Assembly: GCF_963931595.1 (NCBI RefSeq)
Contig: NZ_OZ007030.1
Span: 548,481 to 612,480 of the forward strand
DNA: 64,000 bases
Direction: 5' to 3'
From: an uncultured Subdoligranulum sp.
GTDB lineage: Bacteria; Bacillota; Clostridia; Oscillospirales; Ruminococcaceae
Shown: piece by piece, positions 1-7,921 of the stretch
Layout of the letters: each line of letters opens with the position of its first letter
How positions within the stretch are numbered: the first letter of the stretch is position 1
The notes under the pieces: generated by a model
What the model was told of the DNA's origin: nothing
The model's database searches: none
Seen by the model: the letters and a program-made list of their open reading frames with translations, nothing else
Made by a program: the position numbers and the translations under genes

Positions 1-31
1 GCTACAATGCTTCCAAAGGAGCGTGCCAACC

Positions 32-778
32 ATGAAAAAAATCCTGGAAGTATGTGTGGACAGTCTTGCCTCGGCCAAGGCCGCCATGGCAGGCGGTGCG
101 GACCGTCTGGAGCTTTGCAGCGCGCTGGCGGTGGGCGGACTGAGCCCCTACGGGGAACTGCTGGAGCAGATCAAAGCTACCTGCCCGCTGCCGGTTCGTT
201 GCCTGATGCGCCCCCGGCCGGGGGATTTCCTCTACACAGAGGATGAAATCCAGCTGATGTGCGCCCAGATCCGCCATCTGCGGGCGGCCGGTGCGGACGG
301 TTTTGTGTTGGGCGCCCTGACGCCGGAAGGCGCGCTGGACAGCCGGGCTATGGAGCAGTTACTGAATGCCTGCGGGGACAAGCCTGTCACGCTGCACCGC
401 TGCATCGATGTGGCGGCTGACCCTGTCCGGGTCTACCGCGCGGCGGCGGCGCTGGGACTGGACACGGTGCTCACCAGCGGCGCGGCGGCGTCCTGCCGGG
501 AGGGCAAGGCGACGCTGGCCAGCCTGCTGGCACTGCGGGAAGAGCTGAATGGCCCGGAGGTGCTGATCGGCGCAGGGGTGAATGCCGCGGTCATCCGGGA
601 ACTGCGGGCGGCGCTGCCGGGGGCGCGGGCTTTTCATATGAGCGGCAAAACGCTGCGGGAAAGCGGCATGCGCTTCCGCAGGGAGGGCGTGCCCATGGGC
701 CTGCCCGGGCTGGACGAATGGCATATCCAGGAGACCGACGCCGAGGCGGTGCGTGCTGCCAAAGCGGCGCTGGCGTGA
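32..778 (+). CDS. cutC: CutC-family (copper homeostasis) TIM-barrel protein
   Basis: LEVCVDS, GADRLELCS, GGLSP, MRPRPGDF, TLHRCID, VLTSG, FHMSG motifs. ATG at 32 follows an AAGGAG RBS (ORF track starts at 23). Confidence 0.92.
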   Translation: MKKILEVCVDSLASAKAAMAGGADRLELCSALAVGGLSPYGELLEQIKATCPLPVRCLMRPRPGDFLYTEDEIQLMCAQIRHLRAAGADGFVLGALTPEGALDSRAMEQLLNACGDKPVTLHRCIDVAADPVRVYRAAAALGLDTVLTSGAAASCREGKATLASLLALREELNGPEVLIGAGVNAAVIRELRAALPGARAFHMSGKTLRESGMRFRREGVPMGLPGLDEWHIQETDAEAVRAAKAALA

Positions 779-794
779 AAAGGCGGTGGAAAGG

Positions 795-1310
795 ATGAAA
801 ATAGAGCTGAAACGGTGGGCACCGGGGGACCGGGCGGCACTGTCGGCCATCGGCAACGGGGTGGACCGCAGCTTTCTGTCGGACCGGCTGCCCGATCCCT
901 ATACTGTGGCGGATGCTGACCAGTGGCTGCACAGCGTGATGGCACGGGACGGCAAAAACGGCATTTTCCGGGCCATCGTTGTGGACGGGCAGGTCGTGGG
1001 AACGGTTTCGGTGGACCAGAAGGAGGATGTCTACCGCAAGGATGCCGATATCGGCTATTTCCTTGTGAACGGCCTGTGGTCCCGGGGTATCATGACCGAG
1101 GCGGTCCGCCAGGTCTGTGACCTGGCCTTCGCACAGCTGGACATCGTGCGGATCACCGGCCTGGTCTATGCCGACAATATGGCCTCCCGCCGCGTTCTGG
1201 AGAAAAACGGCTTTCGGGCGGAAGGGCTGATGCGGGATGCCATCTTCAAAAAGGGCCGGCTGCATGATCAGTGCATCTACGGCAAACGGAAAGCGGACTC
1301 TTCACGGTAA
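795..1310 (+). CDS. GNAT N-acetyltransferase, RimJ/RimL-like
   Basis: IGYFL..GLWSRGIMTEAV and NMASRRVLEKNGFRAEG motifs; start set at ATG 795. Confidence 0.88.
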   Translation: MKIELKRWAPGDRAALSAIGNGVDRSFLSDRLPDPYTVADADQWLHSVMARDGKNGIFRAIVVDGQVVGTVSVDQKEDVYRKDADIGYFLVNGLWSRGIMTEAVRQVCDLAFAQLDIVRITGLVYADNMASRRVLEKNGFRAEGLMRDAIFKKGRLHDQCIYGKRKADSSR

Positions 1311-1324
1311 CCGAACAACAGCAA

Positions 1325-1355
1325 AACCCCCGCCGGTGCAGTACCGGCGGGGGTT
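1325..1355. terminator. Intrinsic terminator hairpin between convergent genes
   Basis: Perfect 13-bp inverted repeat AACCCCCGCCGGT/ACCGGCGGGGGTT with a 5-nt loop. Confidence 0.75.
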
Positions 1356-1377
1356 GTTGTCTGGACAGGTAAAAAAC

Positions 1378-2169
1378 TCAGTCATCCCCGTAAGGGTCGT
1401 CAAAGAGGCTGACCACCGAGGTCTTGTCCAGCTCGGGGGTATTGTATTCCCGGATGGATTCCGTGGGACCGAAATCATCCACGGCGGCGGGGCGGCGCCG
1501 TCCGTGACGGCTGCGCCGGGAACGACGGGTGGGTTCCTCCGGCTCCTCCTCCGGGACGGCCTCGCTGTGGGTGTCGTAGACTTGGTGGAAGGCCCGGGCG
1601 TCGATCTCGGGCTCTTCCGGCGTCAGGTCCAGCTCCTCCAGCAGGCTCTGGATGGCCTCGCAGTCCTCCGGCACATCGGTCAGGCTGGCGCCGTAGTGGC
1701 AGAACAGCACGGTGCCGTCCCGGTCCAGAATCAGCGTCAGCGGCAGCTGCTGGGGAGCCCCCTTGACGGCACGGTAGCCCTGTTTGCGGGCCTGCCGCAG
1801 GATGCGCCAGCCCTCCAGGGAATAGGTCATCAGCGTGCTGCTGTTCTGGGGAATGTCCAGGTACTCGTAGAGCACGCCATCGGCGTCGCAGAGCAGGGGA
1901 TAGGGCAGCGTGTCGGGACCGATGCTGCGGGAGAGCTTGTCGGCCCGGGACCGTACCACCAGCGCCAGGGCGCCATCCCGCAGCGCGCCGTAGGTCTCCG
2001 CGTAGCGGCTGGCGAAGGTGCGGGTAATGGGATGGCCGAAGTTGGCCATGAAGATCAGCACCAGAGGGCTTTTGGCAGCCAGCAGGTCGCGGAACCGGTT
2101 CTGGGCGCTGTAGGGAGTGTCATACAAAAAGAAAGGGAGCTTGTCCCCGACAGCGATTCTCTCTGCCAT
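1378..2169 (-). CDS. Peroxiredoxin-like (AhpC/TSA, redoxin fold) protein lacking CxxC, with a charged disordered C-tail
   Basis: IAVGDKLPFF start, LVLIF strand, LPYPLLCDADGVLY and QLPLTLILDRDGTVLFCHYG match the redoxin fold. GHPIT lies where CxxC is expected. Confidence 0.7.
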   Translation of the reverse strand: MAERIAVGDKLPFFLYDTPYSAQNRFRDLLAAKSPLVLIFMANFGHPITRTFASRYAETYGALRDGALALVVRSRADKLSRSIGPDTLPYPLLCDADGVLYEYLDIPQNSSTLMTYSLEGWRILRQARKQGYRAVKGAPQQLPLTLILDRDGTVLFCHYGASLTDVPEDCEAIQSLLEELDLTPEEPEIDARAFHQVYDTHSEAVPEEEPEEPTRRSRRSRHGRRRPAAVDDFGPTESIREYNTPELDKTSVVSLFDDPYGDD

Positions 2170-2199
2170 GAAACAACCTCCCTTTTGTAAAAATCACCC

Positions 2200-2230
2200 A
2201 AAAACCCGGACAGGTATACGCTGTCCGGGT
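2200..2230 (-). terminator. Intrinsic terminator after the 6S RNA
   Basis: 10-bp IR ACCCGGACAG/CTGTCCGGGT followed by a T-run on the minus strand. Confidence 0.8.
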
Positions 2231-2244
2231 GAAATGTCAGAAAA

Positions 2245-2431
2245 ACCCCCGCTTGGCCGTCTGCAGCCAATCAAAACCTACCGGTACAGGCAGGTGGGTG
2301 CCCTACGGGTGCGTTTCCACTCCCTTCTTCCGCCGAAGCGGGAGGTCTGCGGTCCGGCATCCGACCCGGGCTCCCAATATTTGATTAGTAGGATTCTATA
2401 AAGGCCACAACAAATCGAACCTCGCAGGGGT
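2245..2431 (-). ncRNA. ssrS: 6S RNA (SsrS)
   Basis: ~187-nt non-coding segment. Closing stem ACCCCUGC/GCGGGGGU, inner stem GAAUCCUAC/GUAGGUUUU, central bubble, GGGAGCCC/GGGCACCC stem, and the GGCACCCACCUGC and ACGGC motifs typical of clostridial 6S RNAs (recalled, not searched). Confidence 0.8.
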
Positions 2432-2443
2432 GGGTACGAAAAC

Positions 2444-2770
2444 TCAGTCCAGTTCGGAATCGTCGATATCGTACATGGCACGCAGCCGCTCTTCAAAGAC
2501 CTTGCCCACAGTCAGCAACTCTTCGTCATCGTCCACGATGTCCATATATTCGCCTTCGTCGTCAGTGCCGATGCGCATGAGGATCAGTTCGGCGTCCTCC
2601 TGCAGGCTGGCGGGATCCTCCTGGTAGGGGATGACGGCCAGATAGCGGGTGCCGTTGACTTCGGTGGCATCAATGACTTCAAAGGTGACTTCCTGTCCGT
2701 CCTCATCCTCCAGGGTCAGCAGGTCGGGCTTGGCTTCTTCCAGCATTTCGGGGCTCAGTTCGTCAGACAT
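2444..2770 (-). CDS. DUF1292 domain protein (YrzB-like, acidic)
   Basis: LTLEDEDGQEVTFEVID..EVNGTRYLAV and IVDDDEEL..VGKVFEERL; very acidic. Confidence 0.88.
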   Translation of the reverse strand: MSDELSPEMLEEAKPDLLTLEDEDGQEVTFEVIDATEVNGTRYLAVIPYQEDPASLQEDAELILMRIGTDDEGEYMDIVDDDEELLTVGKVFEERLRAMYDIDDSELD

Positions 2771-2807
2771 GATCGTCCCTCCTGTGTTTGGAATTTTTAC
2801 TGCCTCT

Positions 2808-2836
2808 AGTGTACCCTTTTTTTATGGAAACGTCAA
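2808..2836 (-). promoter_or_regulatory. Sigma-A promoter for the DUF1292-6S RNA unit
   Basis: TTGACG-17 bp-TACACT on the minus strand. Confidence 0.7.
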
Positions 2837-2908
2837 GGGTGTTCATGATGCGTAAAGTGTGGTATACTATGGCTAATTAGAAATTTTTTCGCCCGGGGAG
2901 GTTCCGCC

Positions 2909-3730
2909 ATGAAAAAGACGGTCTGTGTGGTTTTGTCGCTGCTGCTGGTGCTGCTGTGCGGCTGCGGCGGCAGCGGAAAAACCGCGCCCAATCGGCCTGA
3001 AGTGACCAGCGAGGAGCGGCAGTTCGCCGCCCCCGCCGACGGGGACCTCATCGCCATCTTCACCACGAATCTGGGTGAGGTGCGGGCGGTGCTCTACCCG
3101 GATGCGGCGCCCATGGCGGTGTACAACTTTGTGGGGTTGGCCCGCACGGGCTACTATAACGGCACCGTCATCTGGCGCAGCCAGTACGGCTTTGCGGTGC
3201 AGGGGGGCGATGCCACCGGCACCGGGACCGGAGGCTCCACCATCTGGAGCAACAACCCCTACCCGCTGGAAGCGGATGCCAGCCTGAAGCACTACGCGGG
3301 GGCACTTTGCGCGGCCTTTGCCTCGGGGGGCGATGCCACGGGCGGCAACAGCCAGTTCTACTTTGTGGCGGCGCTGCCCGACAGTGTGGACAAGACCCAG
3401 CAGGACCAGCTGGCCCAGAACGGCTACAGCGAATCCCAGATCGCGGCCTACGCGGCGGCGGGCGGCCTGCCCTATCTGGACAACACCGACACGGTGTTCG
3501 GCCAGGTCTACCAGGGTATGGACGTGGTGGACAAGATGGCCTGCGTGGAGACGGAAAAGGGCGAGGACGGCAGTGACACCTGGCGCCCCACCGAGGAGGA
3601 CACCATCACCATCGAGAGCGTGACAATTTCCACCTATCCGGGCCCCACGTCGGAGGAACTGGCCGCCCAGAGCGAGGGCGGGGAGAGCGCTTCCTCCGAT
3701 GCCGCCTCCAGCAGTGAGGCAGTGGGCTGA
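2909..3730 (+). CDS. Cyclophilin-type peptidyl-prolyl isomerase, lipoprotein
   Basis: Lipobox LLCGC; TNLGEVRAVLYPDAAPMAVYNF, VQGGDATGTGTGG, SQFYFV, TVFGQVYQGMDVVDK. Confidence 0.85.
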   Translation: MKKTVCVVLSLLLVLLCGCGGSGKTAPNRPEVTSEERQFAAPADGDLIAIFTTNLGEVRAVLYPDAAPMAVYNFVGLARTGYYNGTVIWRSQYGFAVQGGDATGTGTGGSTIWSNNPYPLEADASLKHYAGALCAAFASGGDATGGNSQFYFVAALPDSVDKTQQDQLAQNGYSESQIAAYAAAGGLPYLDNTDTVFGQVYQGMDVVDKMACVETEKGEDGSDTWRPTEEDTITIESVTISTYPGPTSEELAAQSEGGESASSDAASSSEAVG

Positions 3731-3758
3731 ACCGCTCCCTGTTTTTAGAATATGCAGC

Positions 3759-3809
3759 AAACACCCCGGGAACCCTTGGCAGAGCGGCCAAAGTTCCCGG
3801 GGTGTTTTT
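3759..3809. terminator. Bidirectional terminator hairpin
   Basis: 15-bp IR AAACACCCCGGGAAC/GTTCCCGGGGTGTTT between convergent genes. Confidence 0.78.
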
Positions 3810-3822
3810 GGTGATATTGCTG

Positions 3823-4548
3823 TTATTTCTTGGTATTGCCGCCCATCCGGCGATCCCGGCGGGCGTATTCCTCCAGCGCCTGGTCGAAGCATTCCTTGGT
3901 GAAATCGGGGAACAGCACCGGCGTGAAGTAGAATTCGGCGTAGGCGCACTGCCACAGCAGGAAGTTGGAAAGGCGCTCCTCGCCGCTGGTGCGGATCATC
4001 AGATCCACCGGCGGCAGCTGGCGGTAGAGATGGCTCTCGATGGTCTTCTCGTCGATGGCGTCGGGGGCCAGCGTGCCGGCCTGCACCTCCTTGGCGATGC
4101 CGCGCACCGCATCGGTGAGCTCGGCGTGGCTGCCGTAGTTCAGGCAGAAGTTCACAATGCCCTTGGTGTTGTCCTTGGTCAGGTTCATCATGTAGTCCAT
4201 GGCGTCCAGCACACGCTGCTGCAGCCCCTCCCGGCGGCCGCTGAACAGCACCTGACAGCCCCGCTCGTTCATCTCGTCGGCGATGGTGCGGAAGTTGTTG
4301 GCAAACAGATCCATCAGATAGCCCACTTCCCTGGCGTCACGGGAAAAGTTCTCGGTGGAGAAGACGTAGAGGGAGAGCACATGCACGCCCCGGTCGCCCA
4401 CGGCGTAGCGGGTAATCTCCTTCAGGCGGTCAAAGCCGGCCTTGTGGCCCAAACTGGCGGGCATCAGTCGCTGACGGGCCCAGCGGCGGTTGCCGTCCAC
4501 GATGATGGCCACGTGGTTGGGAATGCGGGAAACGGTTTCGTTGGACAT
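3823..4548 (-). CDS. uppS: cis-prenyltransferase (undecaprenyl diphosphate synthase)
   Basis: HVAIIVDGNRRWA, GHKAG, FSTENFSR, IRTSGEERLSNFLLWQ. Confidence 0.93.
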   Translation of the reverse strand: MSNETVSRIPNHVAIIVDGNRRWARQRLMPASLGHKAGFDRLKEITRYAVGDRGVHVLSLYVFSTENFSRDAREVGYLMDLFANNFRTIADEMNERGCQVLFSGRREGLQQRVLDAMDYMMNLTKDNTKGIVNFCLNYGSHAELTDAVRGIAKEVQAGTLAPDAIDEKTIESHLYRQLPPVDLMIRTSGEERLSNFLLWQCAYAEFYFTPVLFPDFTKECFDQALEEYARRDRRMGGNTKK

Positions 4549-4563
4549 AGCGGGACTCCTTTT

Positions 4564-5034
4564 TTATGATTGTTGGGGCGCCTGGGGCAGCAGCTGCTCC
4601 GGCGGTTCTTCGCCGGGGTGATGGGCGCGCCAGTTGAGAAAACTTTCCAGAATGACCGCGGCCGATACGGAATCCAGCCGCTCCTTGCGCTTCTGGCCGA
4701 AGGTATCGTTGCCGGCCAGAATGGCTGCCGCCGAGACGGTGGTCCGGCGCTCATCCCACAGCACCACGGGGCATCCGGCGGTGTTGGCCAGCCGCTGGGC
4801 GAACCGGCGGCTCTTGGCGGCGCGGGAACCTTCGGTGCCGTCCATGTTCTTGGGCAGGCCGCAGACAAGCCCCTCGGCGCCGCGCTGGGCAGCCACCTCG
4901 GTGACGGCGGCCGCCACCTTGTTCATGCTTTTCTCCTCGATCTGCGGCGTGATGGGGCTGGTGATGGTTTCTGACGCATCACACCCGGCCAGTCCGGTGC
5001 GCGCGTCGCCGTAATCCACGGCAAGCCATTTCAT
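4564..5034 (-). CDS. ruvX: YqgF/RuvX-family nuclease (pre-16S rRNA nuclease / resolvase-like)
   Basis: LAVDYGDARTGLA, GLPKNMDGTEG, WDERRTT, DSVSAAVILE. Start at ATG 5034 after an AAGGAG RBS. Confidence 0.93.
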   Translation of the reverse strand: MKWLAVDYGDARTGLAGCDASETITSPITPQIEEKSMNKVAAAVTEVAAQRGAEGLVCGLPKNMDGTEGSRAAKSRRFAQRLANTAGCPVVLWDERRTTVSAAAILAGNDTFGQKRKERLDSVSAAVILESFLNWRAHHPGEEPPEQLLPQAPQQS

Positions 5035-5068
5035 CGGCGGTTCTCCTTTGTTCACAGGGTTTGGCTTC

Positions 5069-5097
5069 AGTATAACACGTTTGGGCCCGCAACGCAA
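5069..5097 (-). promoter_or_regulatory. Sigma-A promoter for ruvX-uppS
   Basis: TTGCGT-17-TATACT on the minus strand. Confidence 0.55.
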
Positions 5098-5100
5098 ACA

Positions 5101-5122
5101 AAAAGCCGCCCGGCAGGGCGGC
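5101..5122 (-). terminator. Terminator after bioY
   Basis: GCCGCCC/GGGCGGC stem followed by TTTT on the minus strand. Confidence 0.6.
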
Positions 5123-5138
5123 AGAAACGGGAGAAATC

Positions 5139-5687
5139 TTACACAAAGTCCCGGGGCAGCCGGCGGTCCAGCTGGACGGTCAGCAAAGCGGCCAGAGCAA
5201 TTTTCAGGGCGTCGGCGGGCAGATAGGGCAGCACACAGAGGCCCAGGGCGGTGAGCAGCGGGCTGTGGGTCAGGAAGACGAACCAGAGAGTGCCCAGCGC
5301 GTAGCAGGCAAGGCAGCCCACCACCATGGCCAGCACCAGGACCGGGAAGCGGCGGCCCAGGGCTTTGGTCACAAGACCGGTGAGAAGGGCAGCCACGATA
5401 TAGCCCACGGCATAGCCGCCGGTTTTGCCGAAGATGGCGGCGGGACCGCCCTGGAAACCGGCCAGCACCGGCACGCCGATGGCGGCCAGGGCCACATAGA
5501 CCACCAGGCTGGCGGTGCCCCACACAGGACCCAGCATGCTGCCGGCCAGGCAGACGGCAAAGACGGCCAGGTTGATGGGCACACCCCAGGGCATGGGAAT
5601 GGCGATCTGGCTGCAGACGGCCACCAGAGCGGCGAAGAGGGCGCAGAGCACCAGATGACGGACGCGATGGTTGGAAGCGGTATGCAT
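5139..5687 (-). CDS. bioY: BioY ECF S-component, biotin transporter
   Basis: LCALFAALVAVCSQIAIP, GVPVLAGFQGG..IFGKTGGYAVGY, PYLPADALK; adjacent to birA. Start at ATG 5687. Confidence 0.93.
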   Translation of the reverse strand: MHTASNHRVRHLVLCALFAALVAVCSQIAIPMPWGVPINLAVFAVCLAGSMLGPVWGTASLVVYVALAAIGVPVLAGFQGGPAAIFGKTGGYAVGYIVAALLTGLVTKALGRRFPVLVLAMVVGCLACYALGTLWFVFLTHSPLLTALGLCVLPYLPADALKIALAALLTVQLDRRLPRDFV

Positions 5688-5701
5688 AGCGGTAGTTCCT
5701 T

Positions 5702-6700
5702 TCAAAGAGAAGTGGCGGGCGCGGCGGGCAGAATGTGCACTTCGCCGCTGCTCAAGGCCACCGTTTCGGTGCGGCCGCAGGGGCGGACCACAAGACGGCA
5801 TTCGTCGTCCACGGCAAGCACGGTGGCGGTGTAGGGAGCGCCCCGGCCGGGGCAGACCTGCACCGTACACCCAGGCAGCGCCTGGCGGGCGCGGTATTCC
5901 GGCAGGAAGCTGGAGGTTCGCCCGCAGTGGTAGAGGGGCCAGAATTCGTTGAGGAAGGCGGCGGCCAGTTTGGCACGGGCACCGGGCGGCGGGGCGGCGT
6001 CAAACAGACTGCCGGCAATGCCCTGGAGCTCGTCGGGCCAGCCGTCGGGCGGCGGCATAAGGTTGAAGCCGGGTCCCACGATGGCATAGTCCAGAAGGCC
6101 GGATTCCACATCCAGGGAGGCCTCGGTCAGGATGCCGCAGACTTTCCGGCCGTCCCGCCACAGATCGTTCACCCACTTGATGCGGATGGGCGCCCCGCAC
6201 AGGGATTCACAGGCGCGGGCGGCAGCCACCGCCGCCATGACGGTGAGGTAGACCGCCTGCCGGGCACCGAAATCCGGCCGCACCAGCAGACTCATATACA
6301 GTCCGCCCGGCGGGGAAAAGAAGCTGCGCCCGTTGCGGCCCCGCCCGGCCGACTGGGCCTGGGCGATGAGGACCAGCCCTTCGGGGGCGCCCTGGGTGGC
6401 ACGGGCGCGCAGGGCGGCGTTGGTGCCGGGCAGCCGGTCGTACACTTCGATCTGCAAGGCCCCGGCCACTTCGGGAGACAGCAGTGCGGTGACGGCATCG
6501 GCGTGGAGGATGTCGGCTCCGGCGGGCAGGCGGTAGCCCCGGTTGGTGGCCGCCTCGATGGGGACGCCGTCGGCACGCAGGGAAGCCACCGCTTTCCATA
6601 CCGCGTTGCGGCTGACCCCCAGCTGACGGGCCAGCGCCTGTCCCGAGCGGTAGTGACCCCGGGCGGATTCCAGTGCCGCCAGAACCTCTGCCTTGCTCAC
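5702..6700 (-). CDS. birA: Bifunctional biotin operon repressor / biotin-protein ligase
   Basis: N-terminal HTH (SGQALARQLGVSRNAVWKAV), QSAGRGRNGRSF, IKWVNDL, KVCGILTE. GTG 6700 fits the RBS better than 6709. Confidence 0.95.
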   Translation of the reverse strand: MSKAEVLAALESARGHYRSGQALARQLGVSRNAVWKAVASLRADGVPIEAATNRGYRLPAGADILHADAVTALLSPEVAGALQIEVYDRLPGTNAALRARATQGAPEGLVLIAQAQSAGRGRNGRSFFSPPGGLYMSLLVRPDFGARQAVYLTVMAAVAAARACESLCGAPIRIKWVNDLWRDGRKVCGILTEASLDVESGLLDYAIVGPGFNLMPPPDGWPDELQGIAGSLFDAAPPPGARAKLAAAFLNEFWPLYHCGRTSSFLPEYRARQALPGCTVQVCPGRGAPYTATVLAVDDECRLVVRPCGRTETVALSSGEVHILPAAPATSL

Positions 6701-6731
6701 GGTATCCACCCTCCCTTGCGCCTGCTTTTCC

Positions 6732-6761
6732 AGTATAGCGGCACCGAAACCGGAATGTCAA
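6732..6761 (-). promoter_or_regulatory. Sigma-A promoter of birA-bioY
   Basis: TTGACA-18-TATACT on the minus strand. Confidence 0.7.
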
Positions 6762-6788
6762 CGGAAAGCGGCGGTGGGGGTTGACAAT
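6754..6788. promoter_or_regulatory. BirA operator
   Basis: AATGTCAAC-N17-GTTGACAAT, resembling the TGTwAAC-N~15-18-GTTwACA BirA consensus and overlapping the -35 of birA-bioY. Confidence 0.75.
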
Positions 6789-6793
6789 CGCAC

Positions 6794-6828
6794 AAAAAAA
6801 GAAGAGATCCGCGTATGCGGACCTCTTC
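6794..6828 (-). terminator. Terminator after kdgK
   Basis: GAAGAGGUCCGC/GCGGAUCUCUUC stem (one G-U) followed by U7 on the minus strand. Confidence 0.78.
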
Positions 6829-6847
6829 AGAAAAGCTATGGGAAAAA

Positions 6848-7873
6848 TCAGCGCTGGATACGGCCGGAACCGTCGCCGCCGACCAGCTTCTCCACCTCAG
6901 ACACGGTGACCATGTTGTAGTCGCCCTCGATGGAGTGCTTCAGGGCAGAAGCAGCCACGGCGAACTCCACGGCGTCCTGGGTGCTCTTGCCGGACAGCAG
7001 CGCGTAGATCAGGCCGCCGCCGAAGCTGTCACCGCCGCCCACGCGGTCGATGATGTGCAGGTCGTACTTCTTGCTGAAGCAGTACTCGTTGGAGGCAACG
7101 TCGTAGAGCATGGCGCTCCAGCCGTTGTCGAAGGCGGAATGGCTCTCACGCAGGGTGATGGCCACCTTCTCGAAGCCGAACTTGTCGGCCAGCTGCTTGG
7201 CAACGCTCTTGTAGCCCTCGCGGTTGATCTCACCGGCGTAGATGTCGGTGGCCTCGGCCTCGATGCCGAAGACATCCTTGGCATCCTCCTCGTTGGAGAT
7301 GCAGACATCCACGTACTGGCACAGATCGGTCATGGCAGCGCGGGCCTGCTCACGGGTCCACAGCTTGCCGCGGTAGTTCAGGTCGCAGCTGATCTTCACG
7401 CCATGGGCCTTGGCAGCCTTGCAGGCTTCGCGGCAGATGTCCACCACGTTGGGGCCCAGGGCCGGGGTGATGCCGGTGAAGTGGAACCAGTCCACGCCCT
7501 CGAAGATGGAATCCCAGTCGAAGTCGGCAGTGGTGGCTTCCTGGATGGCGGAATGGGCACGGTCGTAGATGCAGACGGAACCACGCTGGGAAGCGCCCTT
7601 CTCGTTGTAGTAGATGCCCACACGGTCACCGCCGCGGGTGATCTTGGAGGTATCGACGCCGTAGCGGCGCAGGCTGTTCACAGCGGCCTGGCCGATGGCA
7701 TGGGCGGGCAGCTTGGTGACGTAGATGGCATCGGCGCCATAGTTGGCCAGGGAGACGGCCACGTTGGCCTCACCGCCGCCGAAGGTGAATTCCAGGTGAT
7801 CGGCCTGGACGAAACGCTCGTAGTTGTACGGCTGCAGACGGACCATCAGTTCGCCAAAAGTAACGACTTTCAT
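6848..7873 (-). CDS. kdgK: PfkB-family sugar kinase, 2-keto-3-deoxygluconate kinase
   Basis: FGGGEANVA, FHFTGITPAL, DLNYRGKLW, DRVGGGDSFGGG; downstream of eda. Confidence 0.9.
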   Translation of the reverse strand: MKVVTFGELMVRLQPYNYERFVQADHLEFTFGGGEANVAVSLANYGADAIYVTKLPAHAIGQAAVNSLRRYGVDTSKITRGGDRVGIYYNEKGASQRGSVCIYDRAHSAIQEATTADFDWDSIFEGVDWFHFTGITPALGPNVVDICREACKAAKAHGVKISCDLNYRGKLWTREQARAAMTDLCQYVDVCISNEEDAKDVFGIEAEATDIYAGEINREGYKSVAKQLADKFGFEKVAITLRESHSAFDNGWSAMLYDVASNEYCFSKKYDLHIIDRVGGGDSFGGGLIYALLSGKSTQDAVEFAVAASALKHSIEGDYNMVTVSEVEKLVGGDGSGRIQR

Positions 7874-7921
7874 GAAGAGACTCCTTTTATTTCAGATTGT
7901 ATACAGAACGTGAGAGAAAGC

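Noticed and set aside
5035-5523. N-terminal extension of the 319-aa ORF 4564-5523
   Set aside because: Overlaps bioY in another frame; the RuvX domain starts at ATG 5034 with its own RBS and promoter.
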